The position numbers and the translations under genes were made by a program. This document shows positions 38,449-47,942 of a stretch of DNA of 64,000 nucleotides, one piece after another (the stretch's first letter is position 1; every line of letters begins with the position of its first letter). The notes under the pieces are model-generated. The model was not told the DNA's origin. It saw only the letters and a program-made list of their open reading frames with translations, and made no database searches. Source of the DNA: Thermodesulfobacteriota bacterium (GTDB taxonomy: Bacteria > Desulfobacterota_D > UBA1144 > Nemesobacterales > Nemesobacteraceae); contig OZ242294.1 of the NCBI GenBank assembly GCA_965207685.1, positions 1,143,558 to 1,207,557 on the forward strand, given 5' to 3'.

Positions 38449-39585
38449 TCAGTCGACAACCCTTACCGGCTGCCCGGGAAGGAGGCCGAAGTTCCCCTCG
38501 GTTATGATTCTTGAAGCCGGGGGAAGCGAATCAAAGGATATGTAGGCCGAATTATCGTCTATCCACGTGGGCACCACTTTAGCCTTGAGAACTTCTCCGT
38601 CTTTTTCAATCAGCACGAAAGAGAAATTTTCCTTGCTGTCGGACAAGACAGCCGTTTTGGGAATTCTGACCACATTATCAAGCGTCTGCACCGGTATTCT
38701 TACGGAAACCATTTCCCCGGGCCACCATTTTACCGAGGGATCGGATATGGCGATCTCGATGTCGTAGGTGCCCGAAAAATCATCGGAACCCGGACTCACC
38801 CCGTCAACCTTGCCCGCGACGGTTTCCATTGTGCCGTCTCTTGTGAGCGATACCTCAAGAGCATCTCCCCGCCTGACACCTCTGGCAACAGAGACGTCCA
38901 CACCGGCTATGACTTTCCTGCCGCTTAGATTAACGACTTTGGCTACCACGTCCCCGTTTCTTGTCTCCTGCCCGATGTCGGGAACGATTTCAACGATCTG
39001 GCCCTGGATGGGGGAACGGATCTTTAGGTTTTCGTAATTCCACTTGGCCCTTTTGTAAGAGGCTTCAAGGGCCTTTACGCCGGCCGAGGCGGTTTCAAGC
39101 AGGTTTCGCGACGCCTCGGTCTCATCCTCAGAAACTATTCCCTTCTCAAAAAGAGCCGCATTCCTGCGGTATACCCTTTCAGCCTCGGCAAGCTTTCCCC
39201 TGGCAGACTCAAGATTGTACTTCGCCTCGTCAAGACGCGTTTCCACACGGTAATCGTAGAGCTCAAGGATAATCCCGTCCTTTTCGATTTCCTGACCCCG
39301 GCCGGAATCTATCCGCTTCACCCATCCCGAAACGGTCGTTCTGACCAAGACGGTCTGCTTGCCACGGACTCTTCCGAGAACTTCGGTGTAAACCGAACCT
39401 GAGGACGCAACAGGCGTCATTACCTTTATGGGCCTGACGTTATCTTCAGAGTGCTGCTGCGCACTCGATTCCCTTTCTTGAAGAAACCTCGCGTACAGCA
39501 AGGAAAGAAGCAAGAGGAAACCAAGGGATATTAAAAGCAGGGTCAACCAGTTCTTCGTTTTTCTTTCCCTGAACCAAGATCTCAT
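38449..39585 (-). CDS. Efflux RND periplasmic adaptor (MFP/HlyD_D23 family)
   Basis: N-terminal TM anchor, lipoyl/barrel-sandwich halves around a coiled-coil hairpin (RLDEAKYNLESARGKLAEAERVYRRNAALFEKGIVSEDE...), then IRSPIQGQIVEI and a beta-barrel tail. Confidence 0.8.
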   Translation of the reverse strand: MRSWFRERKTKNWLTLLLISLGFLLLLSLLYARFLQERESSAQQHSEDNVRPIKVMTPVASSGSVYTEVLGRVRGKQTVLVRTTVSGWVKRIDSGRGQEIEKDGIILELYDYRVETRLDEAKYNLESARGKLAEAERVYRRNAALFEKGIVSEDETEASRNLLETASAGVKALEASYKRAKWNYENLKIRSPIQGQIVEIVPDIGQETRNGDVVAKVVNLSGRKVIAGVDVSVARGVRRGDALEVSLTRDGTMETVAGKVDGVSPGSDDFSGTYDIEIAISDPSVKWWPGEMVSVRIPVQTLDNVVRIPKTAVLSDSKENFSFVLIEKDGEVLKAKVVPTWIDDNSAYISFDSLPPASRIITEGNFGLLPGQPVRVVD

Positions 39586-39674
39586 CTATTTTCCCACCCA
39601 CAAAAGCTCCAATAAAAAAGACATTCATAACAATATTGAGAATCCGGCGATTTAGCAACAACCGGCAAAACAGA

Positions 39675-39703
39675 TTGACTTTTGGCAAGAATACCCCGAT
39701 AAT
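39675..39703 (+). promoter_or_regulatory. Sigma70-type promoter for hup
   Basis: TTGACT (39675..39680), a 17-nt spacer, then GATAAT (39698..39703). AAGGAGG at 39718..39724 precedes GTG 39732. Confidence 0.55.
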
Positions 39704-39731
39704 TATTAAGAGATTTTAAGGAGGATGTGTA

Positions 39732-40022
39732 GTGAACGGAAAACCTTTAACAAAATCCCAGCTTTCAAACAGCCTAGCGGAGAAGGCGGGAATAACCAAG
39801 GCAACAGCCAGAACCGTTATTGATGCTATAGCGTCAATCGCATGTGAAGAGGTAAAGGAAAAAGGAGAATTCACGATTCCTGGAATCGGCAAACTAGTTA
39901 TCAGCAATCGCAGTGCCAGAATGGGAAGAAATCCCGCCACCGGTGAAGTGATCAGCATACCTGCAAGAAAGGTTCTGAAGTTCCGCGTGGCCAAAGCCTG
40001 CAAAGATTCTGTGCTAGGCTAA
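39732..40022 (+). CDS. hup: HU-family DNA-binding protein
   Basis: LTKSQLSNSLAEKAGITKATARTVIDAI...FTIPGIGKLVISNRSARMGRNPATGEVISIPARKVLKFR. Confidence 0.9.
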   Translation: MNGKPLTKSQLSNSLAEKAGITKATARTVIDAIASIACEEVKEKGEFTIPGIGKLVISNRSARMGRNPATGEVISIPARKVLKFRVAKACKDSVLG

Positions 40023-40041
40023 AACTGTCTCCGCACTCTAC

Positions 40042-41337
40042 CTAGCTGATGCTGTTTCTCAGCGACCAGTTGAGAATTTCTACTGGATGCACAATTCTGG
40101 TCTTGGAATCTGAACCGAGCAGTCCCTTGCGGATCTGTATCATGCACCCGGGATTCCCGACGGCCAGATAATCAGCGCCGGTTTTTTCTATTTCGCGTAC
40201 CTTGCCCGAGAGAAGCTTGGCAGACATCTCCGGCTGTACGATATTGTATATTCCGGCGCTTCCGCAGCAGTGATCCGACCGCTGCATTTCAACGAGTTCC
40301 ACTCCCGGGATGCTCCTCAGAAGTTCTCTTGGAGCGGACCGTATCCCCTGTCCGTGAACAACATGGCACGCGTCCTGATAAGTAATCTTTATATCAAGAG
40401 GGTGCAGCGACGCCCCAATTTCCGTATCCGAAAGAAATTCCATGACATCCACGGTTTTCGCTGAGAGTTGCGCGGCGGCTTCTGAGTAAACTGGATCCCC
40501 ATGCAGGATCTCGGCGTATTCCTTCATAGTGGAACCGCATCCGGCAGAGTTAACGACTACGGCATCTACGTTTAAGGTGGCGAAAAGATCAACTAGTTTC
40601 CTCGCGAACTCCCGTCCCTCCTCAAGCCTTCCCGAGTGAACGGAAAGGGCACCGCAGCATCCCTGATTCTTGGGAACAAAAACATCACAACCACTTGCGC
40701 GAAGCACCTCGACTGTGGCCCTGTTTATTTCCGGAAAGAAGACCCCCTGAACGCACCCGTTCAGAAGGGCAACTTTCTTTTTTCTCTCTCCAATTGCCGG
40801 ATAGAAAGCCGAAAGAGTCTCCCCGAAAGCGGAGCTGACCTCGGGCAGCATATGGAACATGGAAGAAGCCGAGAGGCTTATTCTGTTAAGAAGCCTCGGC
40901 GGGAAAACCCTCTTCAGGCCAAGTGTTTTTACCAAGTAGACAAACGGCAGAAGAAGCTTCAACCTTCGCGGATAGGGAAAGATTTTGAAGATAAAAGCCT
41001 TGAGAATTTTCTCCCCCAGTCCCCTTTTGAACCTCCTTTCAATCTGTCCCCTCGACATCTCTATCAGGCTTCCATACTTGACTCCCGAGGGACACGCAGT
41101 TTCACAGGCAAGACACCCGAGACACAGGTCAAGATGCTTTACAAGCGACTCGCCCATCGGGATCCTTCCCTCCTCCGCGGCCTTTATCAGATGTATTCTT
41201 CCCCTGGGAGAATCGAGTTCGTTTCCGGTCTCAAGATAGGTGGGACAAGATGAGAGACAGAACCCGCAGTGAACGCAATCCTGTATTATCTTCTTGCTCG
41301 GGCGATCCGTATGGTCAAAAGCGGTCTCAAGCGACAT
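40042..41337 (-). CDS. glcF: Glycolate oxidase iron-sulfur subunit (GlcF-type, 2x4Fe-4S + CCG domains)
   Basis: CVHCGFCLSSCPTY and CLGCLACETACPSGV, followed by two cysteine-rich CCG domains (GCCGA, HCCGSAG). Met 41337 is preferred over the ORF start at 41463. Confidence 0.85.
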   Translation of the reverse strand: MSLETAFDHTDRPSKKIIQDCVHCGFCLSSCPTYLETGNELDSPRGRIHLIKAAEEGRIPMGESLVKHLDLCLGCLACETACPSGVKYGSLIEMSRGQIERRFKRGLGEKILKAFIFKIFPYPRRLKLLLPFVYLVKTLGLKRVFPPRLLNRISLSASSMFHMLPEVSSAFGETLSAFYPAIGERKKKVALLNGCVQGVFFPEINRATVEVLRASGCDVFVPKNQGCCGALSVHSGRLEEGREFARKLVDLFATLNVDAVVVNSAGCGSTMKEYAEILHGDPVYSEAAAQLSAKTVDVMEFLSDTEIGASLHPLDIKITYQDACHVVHGQGIRSAPRELLRSIPGVELVEMQRSDHCCGSAGIYNIVQPEMSAKLLSGKVREIEKTGADYLAVGNPGCMIQIRKGLLGSDSKTRIVHPVEILNWSLRNSIS

Positions 41338-42121
41338 TGCGTCCCTCCACTCCCGAAGAAATTGAAAAATCAAATGTTTCGCCGCACGCCAAGCGAAACG
41401 CATTCTCCAGTTCCGTGGCTGCGGCAAATGATTTTTCCTCAAGTTTACTGCCCGATATGTCAAAACGAAGAAATTCCCGTGAAAAAGGATTAGGGCGGAT
41501 CGTATAGTTAAGCCCGTCTTGCGATGACATGGCTATCTCCACCGTGTCTCCTAGGTAATTAATCGGAACGCCCGGAATAGTGACTGATCTTGATCCGTGG
41601 CAGAGGGCGAGCGATATTATGTCGCCTACCTGAAGAAACCTGAGATTGGTCCGGATATCGGCAGGCAGGTATCCGTTGAGATTCCCCTCCCCGACACTGA
41701 TCCCGAGGCTTAGCCGCAGAAATTCCCTGATTTTCTCTCTAAGTGAAACGGCCGCCTTGTTACTCGGGTTTCTGGATATGGTTCTTTCGTTAAGTTCGGA
41801 GAAGTGAAGTGCTATGAGCGCGCAGGCGTACGGATGCTCGCCGAGATGTGTTTCGAAACACTCAGACCAGATCTCAAACTGGCTCTCGGCCCGCATTTCC
41901 ATGAAACTTCTGGGGTAGCCGTTTTTCGGATTAAGATCAGCCATGGAGTCCGTTTTCTCCCATCCGCAGTCATGTTCCCTCATCGCAAACATTACCTCAT
42001 CCCTTGGGGTGATGACCTCGAAATTCTCATTGCCCCAGAAATCCATTATTCTTGAAGAAAGAAAAGCGTGGCTTGGCTGCGTTATGAGCGTCCATCCCTC
42101 ACCGGATTCCCTTCTTATCAT
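41327..42121 (-). CDS. DUF3891-like protein embedded in the glc operon
   Basis: The N-terminus MIRRESGEGWTLITQPSHAFLSSRIMDFWG and MREHDCGW resemble DUF3891 proteins as I recall them. Same strand as the glc genes, 11 nt after the glcE stop and overlapping the glcF start by 11 nt. Confidence 0.45.
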   Translation of the reverse strand: MIRRESGEGWTLITQPSHAFLSSRIMDFWGNENFEVITPRDEVMFAMREHDCGWEKTDSMADLNPKNGYPRSFMEMRAESQFEIWSECFETHLGEHPYACALIALHFSELNERTISRNPSNKAAVSLREKIREFLRLSLGISVGEGNLNGYLPADIRTNLRFLQVGDIISLALCHGSRSVTIPGVPINYLGDTVEIAMSSQDGLNYTIRPNPFSREFLRFDISGSKLEEKSFAAATELENAFRLACGETFDFSISSGVEGRNVA

Positions 42122-42132
42122 AATCCGTATCC

Positions 42133-43443
42133 TCAGTCTGCACCGAATATTTTCTCGCCGGGCAGTATGTTTCCCGGATCAAAACGCCGCTTGATGTTCT
42201 TCATAAGAAAAACCGCCTCTCCGAAATCTCCCCAAGCTTTTACTCTCTCCCTGAGTTCGCTATGTACCCCCGAGAACATGATACGGCCCCCGAGCGAATC
42301 GGCAAGATTCTCAAGAAAGCGGGCCACACCGACTATCCCTTCACCCTCGCCGCTTACCGAAACAAGCACAGCCCCTCTGACAGGTCTCGAAAGGCAGCGC
42401 ACTGTGACCCCAGAGGGTGCCGGGTTGCTCTCAACATCGGAGAGAACCTCGATCGAAGCCGTTACGGGAAGAGCAAGCTTCGAGGAAAAGCTTGCCCCGG
42501 ACGAAAACGGGAACTCCCTTGCCGAATCCCATAACTGCTGTGAATCCTCGTCGCCCATCTCGATGAAAGAGGCAGATTCGCCGGAGGATACCTCCCTCAC
42601 CTGCTTTACCTGCTCGACCACTGCCTCTTCAAAACTGTCGAACCTAAGCAGGACGCTTCTCTTAGCCCCCGGTGCCGCCGCAAATTCCGAAGAGAGTCTC
42701 TCGTCAAGTATTTCAAAACATGTGGGAACGACATCCGCAGCAAGTATCGCTCTGGCCGCCCGGGAACAGGAGACATGGTCGTCAAAACCCAGAACAACGG
42801 TCCTTGAGAAAGGTTGGCGGGGGTATAATCTGAAAGTCGCTTCTGCCAAGACGCACAGGGTTCCGAGCGAACCCACCATGAGCTTCGGGATATCATAGCC
42901 CGCTACGTTTTTAACTACCTTTCCCCCTAGGTTTATGATCTCACCGTCGGCCCTAACGGCTCTGATTCCCAGGATAAGCTCCCTGCACGTACCGTATCTG
43001 GTGCTCATGGGACCGCAAAGATTTGTCGACACAAGGCCTCCCACAGTGGCTCCGGAGTTAAGACCGGGCGGATCCACGGGAAAAAGCTGGTTTTCGCATC
43101 CGACGGCGTTCTGAAACTCTCTCACCTCCATCCCGCATTCGACCGTGGAAACCATGTCGGAAGGCTCGTGAAACAGAACGCTGTCAAGACGCTTGAGTGA
43201 AAGAGCCGCGCCGACCGCGCCGACCGGGTTGCCGAGAAAAAGCTTGGTGCCCCCAGCGAAAGGAAAAACACGGATGCCGTTCCGCGAAGCAAACTCTAGG
43301 ACCCGGGATATCTGCTCGACGGTTTCGGGGTAGAGAACTACTTCGGGAGAGAAGCCGAATTCGGGAACGTCCAGATCCGTACCCCCGGAATCGGGAACAT
43401 GGAAACTTGAAACCATCTTGGAGAGTTCTGTTACGTGAGACAT
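42133..43443 (-). CDS. glcE: Glycolate oxidase FAD-binding subunit (GlcE-type)
   Basis: PCMH-type FAD-binding domain: VFPFAGGTKLFLGNP...GATVGGLVSTNLCGPMSTRYGTCRELILGIRAVRADGEII...KNVAGYDIPKLMVGSLGTL. Confidence 0.8.
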   Translation of the reverse strand: MSHVTELSKMVSSFHVPDSGGTDLDVPEFGFSPEVVLYPETVEQISRVLEFASRNGIRVFPFAGGTKLFLGNPVGAVGAALSLKRLDSVLFHEPSDMVSTVECGMEVREFQNAVGCENQLFPVDPPGLNSGATVGGLVSTNLCGPMSTRYGTCRELILGIRAVRADGEIINLGGKVVKNVAGYDIPKLMVGSLGTLCVLAEATFRLYPRQPFSRTVVLGFDDHVSCSRAARAILAADVVPTCFEILDERLSSEFAAAPGAKRSVLLRFDSFEEAVVEQVKQVREVSSGESASFIEMGDEDSQQLWDSAREFPFSSGASFSSKLALPVTASIEVLSDVESNPAPSGVTVRCLSRPVRGAVLVSVSGEGEGIVGVARFLENLADSLGGRIMFSGVHSELRERVKAWGDFGEAVFLMKNIKRRFDPGNILPGEKIFGAD

Positions 43444-43493
43444 CTTTTTTCAAACGAACGGGCCATTAAACCTTGAACATGGACCCCGCTCTG

Positions 43494-44981
43494 CTAGAAA
43501 AGCTCGCCCATTTCCTTTGCGGGAGCAGTTTCGGAAGCTGGTTTCCGCATCCCGGGCTCAACGCACGTTCTAGGAGTCGGGAATACCTTGCCGGGATTGC
43601 AAAGCCCCTCTTCGTCGAAAGCGCACCGCACCAGATTCATCGTGTCTATTTCCTGTTCACTGAACATAAGCGGAAGAAACCTTTTCTTGTCAAAGCCAAC
43701 TCCGTGTTCTCCCGTAATGCTGCCGCCGACGTCAACGCATACCCTGAGAATTTCCCCGGAAAGTTCCTCGGCTTTCTCGGATTCCCCCTCAACTTCAGGA
43801 TCATAGAGCACCAGCGGATGAAGATTTCCGTCTCCCGCATGAAAGACGTTCGCAACCCGAAGACCGTAGCGTTTGCCGAGCTCCCCTATCTCTCCAAGCA
43901 CTCTGGCCAAGCTGCTCCTGGGAATCACGCCGTCCTGGACATAGTATCCGGGACTTATTTTCCCCATGGCGGCAAACGCACTTTTACGCCCCTTCCAGAA
44001 AAGCTGTCTCTCGCTTTCATCCGCCGCCAGCTTTATTTCAATCGCGCCGTTTTCCCGAAGTATCCCGCTTACGGCAGGGACCTGCGCACTAACCTCCGCC
44101 CCAGGTCCGTCAAGCTCCACGAGAAGAATAGCCCCGGCGTCCCTAGGGTATCCGGCGCCCACCGTGGTTTCCACAGCGTTTATGCTGAGATTGTCCATGA
44201 TTTCCATCCCCGCGGGAATAACCCCGGAAGAAATGATCGCCGAGACCGACGCCCCAGCGTCCTCGATTCTCTCAAACGAAGCGAAAAGAGTCTTAACCAT
44301 CTGAGGTTTCTTTATTATTCTCAAGAAGACCTTGGTCACTATGCCCAAAAGCCCCTCGCTTCCGACCACAAGCGAAAGAAGATCATATCCGAAACTCTCC
44401 GGGGCGGGGCCCCCGAGCGTGACCACCTCTCCGTCGGGCAGAACCATTTCCACTCCAAGTACATGGTTGGTCGTGACTCCATACTTAAGACAATGAACTC
44501 CTCCGGAATTCTCCGCGACATTGCCTCCTATTGTGCACACGATCTGGCTTGAAGGATCGGGAGCGTAGTAAAATCCCTCGGCACTCACGGCATCAGTTAC
44601 GGAAATATTGACCACTCCGGGCTCGACCACGACGACCCGGTTCGGGATATCCACGTCAAGAATCCTGTTCATCCTTGAAAGCGATATCACTATTCCCTCG
44701 CGGCTAGGAAGAGCGCCGCCGGAGAGTCCGGTTCCCGCACCTCTCGGAACAAAAGGAATTTTCTCGCGGTTGCAAAGCCCTACGACTTGGGAAACCTCCT
44801 CCGCACTTGAAGGCAGAACAACGAAAAGAGGCTTTACTCTGTACCCCGTAAGCCCGTCGCTTTCATAGGCGATCAGCTCATCCTCGGCTGATATAACCGC
44901 CTCGGCACCCAGGATTTCCACAAGCTCCGAGGCGATACGGGATTTCCATCTGCCGGTTCTTTTTACAGCTTGCGAGTCCAT
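43494..44981 (-). CDS. glcD: Glycolate oxidase subunit GlcD (FAD-linked oxidase)
   Basis: FVPRGAGTGLSGGALP, TIGGNVAENSGG, KNVAGYDL-type region and C-terminal GEHGVG. Confidence 0.9.
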   Translation of the reverse strand: MDSQAVKRTGRWKSRIASELVEILGAEAVISAEDELIAYESDGLTGYRVKPLFVVLPSSAEEVSQVVGLCNREKIPFVPRGAGTGLSGGALPSREGIVISLSRMNRILDVDIPNRVVVVEPGVVNISVTDAVSAEGFYYAPDPSSQIVCTIGGNVAENSGGVHCLKYGVTTNHVLGVEMVLPDGEVVTLGGPAPESFGYDLLSLVVGSEGLLGIVTKVFLRIIKKPQMVKTLFASFERIEDAGASVSAIISSGVIPAGMEIMDNLSINAVETTVGAGYPRDAGAILLVELDGPGAEVSAQVPAVSGILRENGAIEIKLAADESERQLFWKGRKSAFAAMGKISPGYYVQDGVIPRSSLARVLGEIGELGKRYGLRVANVFHAGDGNLHPLVLYDPEVEGESEKAEELSGEILRVCVDVGGSITGEHGVGFDKKRFLPLMFSEQEIDTMNLVRCAFDEEGLCNPGKVFPTPRTCVEPGMRKPASETAPAKEMGELF

Positions 44982-45023
44982 CGTTAAACTTATAGTATAT
45001 CGGAACCCGGGGAACGCGAAAAA

Positions 45024-45641
45024 TTGACCGAAACCATCAAAGAAACCGACCCGCTCGTATTTGATAAGCTATCCGAATGCCTTACGGGCGGAGGAGTGAT
45101 CGTATACCCGACCGAAACTCTCTACGGGATCGGTTGTCTCGCGTTTGACCAGGAGGCCTGCCAGAGAATAGTAAGGATAAAACAAAGATCCGGAGGCAAG
45201 GGACTTATAGTCCTCGTAAGCGATGAGGAGATGCTTGACCGCCACTTCCATGTTCCCGGCGACCTCCTCGAAAGATACTCCCGGAACCAAAAACCCCTTA
45301 CACTCATACTGCATCCGAAATCCGTTTTTCCGCAAGAAGTTTCAGGAGGAAGGGACTCGGTCGCGGCAAGAATCTCCACTTCCCCTTTCGCAAAAGAGCT
45401 CCTTCGTCGGGTGGGAGAACCCATAACCTCTACGAGCGCGAACATAAGCGGCAGGGGCAACTCAAACCGGTTCGCTGATATCCGCAGGGATTTTCCGAGC
45501 GGGATTGATGTTATCGTTGATTCTGGTAACCTTCCACCCTCAATGGGTTCAGCGATAGTGAACCTGACGACCACTTCACCCGAGATTATCAGAGAGGGCG
45601 ATCTTTCCGTAACCGAAATAGAGAAGATTCTTCATGGCTGA
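45024..45641 (+). CDS. tsaC: L-threonylcarbamoyladenylate synthase (YrdC/TsaC-type)
   Basis: GGVIVYPTETLYGIGCLAFDQEA...RIKQRSGGKGLIVLVSD...TSTSANISG. TTG start. Confidence 0.85.
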   Translation: MTETIKETDPLVFDKLSECLTGGGVIVYPTETLYGIGCLAFDQEACQRIVRIKQRSGGKGLIVLVSDEEMLDRHFHVPGDLLERYSRNQKPLTLILHPKSVFPQEVSGGRDSVAARISTSPFAKELLRRVGEPITSTSANISGRGNSNRFADIRRDFPSGIDVIVDSGNLPPSMGSAIVNLTTTSPEIIREGDLSVTEIEKILHG

Positions 45642-46845
45642 AATAGAACCCCTCAGAGGTATAAGATACAGCAGGGAAGCGGTCGGAGACTTTGCGAAAG
45701 TCATAGCTCCACCCTACGACGTAATAAGCCCGCAGCAACGCGAGGAACTCTACGCCAAAAGTCCCTTTAACGCCGTTAGAATTGAACTGCCCGACGGAGA
45801 AGACGACCAGCGTTATCAAAACGCGAAGGAAATCTATTCGAAGTGGCTCCGCGACAAGGTGCTCATAAGGGACGATGAGCCTTCGATCTATCCTTACTAC
45901 CAAGAGTTCGAGTTCGAAGGACAGCGCTACACAAGAAAAGGGTTCATAGCGAACATGAAGATTGAAGACTTCGACAGGAAGATCGTCCTTCCGCATGAAC
46001 AGACTTTCAGAAAACACAAGGAAGACCGGCTGGCGCTCACGGTCGCATGCAACTCCAATCTGAGCCAGATCTTCTGCGTCTATCCCGACGCCTCGGGAGA
46101 GGTCGAGGAGGATGTAGATAAAAATATCGGAGAGCCGCTTGTGGACGTCACCTTCGAAGAAGGAATAAGAAATACTCTCTGGAAGATATCCGATCCGAAA
46201 ATCATAGAACGCGTAAAAAGCCAACTCGCGGACAAATCCATTCTGATCGCGGACGGTCATCACCGTTACGAAACCTCGATAAACTTCAGGAATCTGAAGA
46301 GAAAGGAAACGGGGGAAGATTCAGGACAGATGCCCTGGGATTACGTAATGACTTATCTCTCGCGCGGAGAAGGCCAGGGACTTGTAATTAACCCCACTCA
46401 CAGGATAGCAAGAAAAGTCGGGGATAAACTGATTGACCATCTGAGGGAAGATTTCGAAGTCGAGAGAATTGCGCTCGAGCACTCGCTCGATCTCGGCCCG
46501 GACCAGATATCCATTGTAACCAAGGACCCCGGGAGGACCTTCAGGCTTACTCCCAAGACGACGCGTGAAAGAGACTATGAGAACCTCGCCGTGATAATTC
46601 TTCACAGCCAAGTGTTCGGAGCGCAGATAGAAGAAGACAAGGCGGGTGTACGATACTCAAAGTTCCCGGAAGAAGTATTCGAGAATGTGCACAACGGGGA
46701 GTTTGAGGCCGGATTTCTTCTTCCGAAGCTAAAATCAGAGGACATATTCAAAGTGGTTCTCGACGGAACCAAGATGCCTCACAAGACCACCTATTTTTAT
46801 CCCAAGATTCTCTCCGGATTAGTATTCAGCCCTCTCTGGCGTTAA
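45634..46845 (+). CDS. DUF1015 domain protein
   Basis: IEPLRGIRYS...VIAPPYDVISPQQREELY...IADGHHRYETS is the DUF1015 signature. Overlaps the tsaC end by 8 nt. Confidence 0.8.
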   Translation: MAEIEPLRGIRYSREAVGDFAKVIAPPYDVISPQQREELYAKSPFNAVRIELPDGEDDQRYQNAKEIYSKWLRDKVLIRDDEPSIYPYYQEFEFEGQRYTRKGFIANMKIEDFDRKIVLPHEQTFRKHKEDRLALTVACNSNLSQIFCVYPDASGEVEEDVDKNIGEPLVDVTFEEGIRNTLWKISDPKIIERVKSQLADKSILIADGHHRYETSINFRNLKRKETGEDSGQMPWDYVMTYLSRGEGQGLVINPTHRIARKVGDKLIDHLREDFEVERIALEHSLDLGPDQISIVTKDPGRTFRLTPKTTRERDYENLAVIILHSQVFGAQIEEDKAGVRYSKFPEEVFENVHNGEFEAGFLLPKLKSEDIFKVVLDGTKMPHKTTYFYPKILSGLVFSPLWR

Positions 46846-46851
46846 GCAGGC

Positions 46852-46895
46852 AAAAAAAAGAGGAGGGGTAACCATTACGGTCTCCCTCCTCTTTT
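46852..46895. terminator. Bidirectional intrinsic terminator between convergent DUF1015 and ADC-like genes
   Basis: An A8 run (46852..46859), stem GAGGAGGG (46860..46867) / CCCTCCTC (46884..46891) with a 16-nt loop, then TTTT (46892..46895). Confidence 0.65.
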
Positions 46896-46939
46896 CACTC
46901 ATCAAGAACCGAGTGTCTCGCGACACCGGTCCTTCGCCA

Positions 46940-47911
46940 TTATCCCTGGCTATACTGCGGCAGCAGGAACCTGTGACGCATCGTGTACTCAAACGGAGTC
47001 GAGTATACCACATGACCCATGTCATCGGCTCCCCTCTCTACCGTCCTCGTCCATATCGTCAACGCCGGCGGTATGATCAGGTTGAACGTGAAGCTTATCA
47101 ACCCTACTACCTCCGTCGCAGGTATCTGACCACCCATGTAGTCAAACGGCGTTCCTGACAGATACCACGAACGTACATCCTCAGTAACAGCCGTCCTCAC
47201 GCTCTCAGGATTCAGCTGGAACCTGTGCCCCGTCCCGAATCCCGGCGGAAGATCCGACGGCAGATACGTTACTTCATGGATACTGTTCGATACATCCGGC
47301 CTGGTTGTTATCCTGTAGTTCATTCTTCCCCAGTCGGTCTTGCCATAAAATGTAGGCCTCGCCGATAGAGGACGGTCAGAATAACGTCCGTTCGCAGTGT
47401 GCAGTATATAGCCTCTGCGCTCCATCAAGTGGTTGAAATAGTTGTTGTTGGTACCATGCTCGAACCCGGCTATGTAAGCAGCTTTCTTCGGGAATCCGAA
47501 TGGCTCCTTACCGGCAAATATCGGCGAGTCGTTCGAGAGATACATGTACGGATAGTATCCCGCCTTGTATATATGACCACTCCCGTCATCCACCGTCGCC
47601 GAGAACGTTACGCCCATCTCCATGTATGGACCTAACATCGTGTTCTTGTGTATTACGTACCAAAACTCTATTACATCATCCTGAACCTCGATCGGCTCAG
47701 GTACTACCGCTTTCATGGCTCCCAGGTCGGCCCTTATAACATAGGCCATCCACCTGCTCTCCGTGTACGTAAGCGGTATGATGTCGTAGTCGAACACTGG
47801 GTCCGCTACACCCTGACTGATTATGTGGATCCTGTCCCTGTCCAACGGTAATGGTGGAACTTCTCCCTCATCCAGCCAAGGATAACTGTACTCATTTGCA
47901 TGTAATCCCAT
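46940..47911 (-). CDS. Acetoacetate decarboxylase (ADC)-fold family protein, paralogue 1
   Basis: AMKAVVPEPIEV, YMEMGVTFSA and FAGKEPFGFPKKAAY align with clostridial ADC blocks (ALRKVVPEPLEI, YTESGQAIPV, AVGRELSAYPKKLG). SD TAAGGAGGT lies upstream of ATG 47911. Confidence 0.7.
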   Translation of the reverse strand: MGLHANEYSYPWLDEGEVPPLPLDRDRIHIISQGVADPVFDYDIIPLTYTESRWMAYVIRADLGAMKAVVPEPIEVQDDVIEFWYVIHKNTMLGPYMEMGVTFSATVDDGSGHIYKAGYYPYMYLSNDSPIFAGKEPFGFPKKAAYIAGFEHGTNNNYFNHLMERRGYILHTANGRYSDRPLSARPTFYGKTDWGRMNYRITTRPDVSNSIHEVTYLPSDLPPGFGTGHRFQLNPESVRTAVTEDVRSWYLSGTPFDYMGGQIPATEVVGLISFTFNLIIPPALTIWTRTVERGADDMGHVVYSTPFEYTMRHRFLLPQYSQG

Positions 47912-47942
47912 TATGGTTTTACCTCCTTAAATCTTTTTTGTC

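Noticed and set aside
43473-44552. Long antisense ORFs opposite well-supported genes: 43473..44552 (+), 20598..21713 (-), 24979..25770 (-), 42068..42898 (+), 35902..36561 (+), 45589..46263 (-), 12100..12780 (+), 34495..35235 (+), 37606..38307 (-).
   Set aside because: Each lies entirely inside a gene with strong family motifs on the other strand. Their translations are R/P/S/G-rich and low-complexity with no recognisable domain. These are typical shadow ORFs of moderately GC-rich coding DNA.
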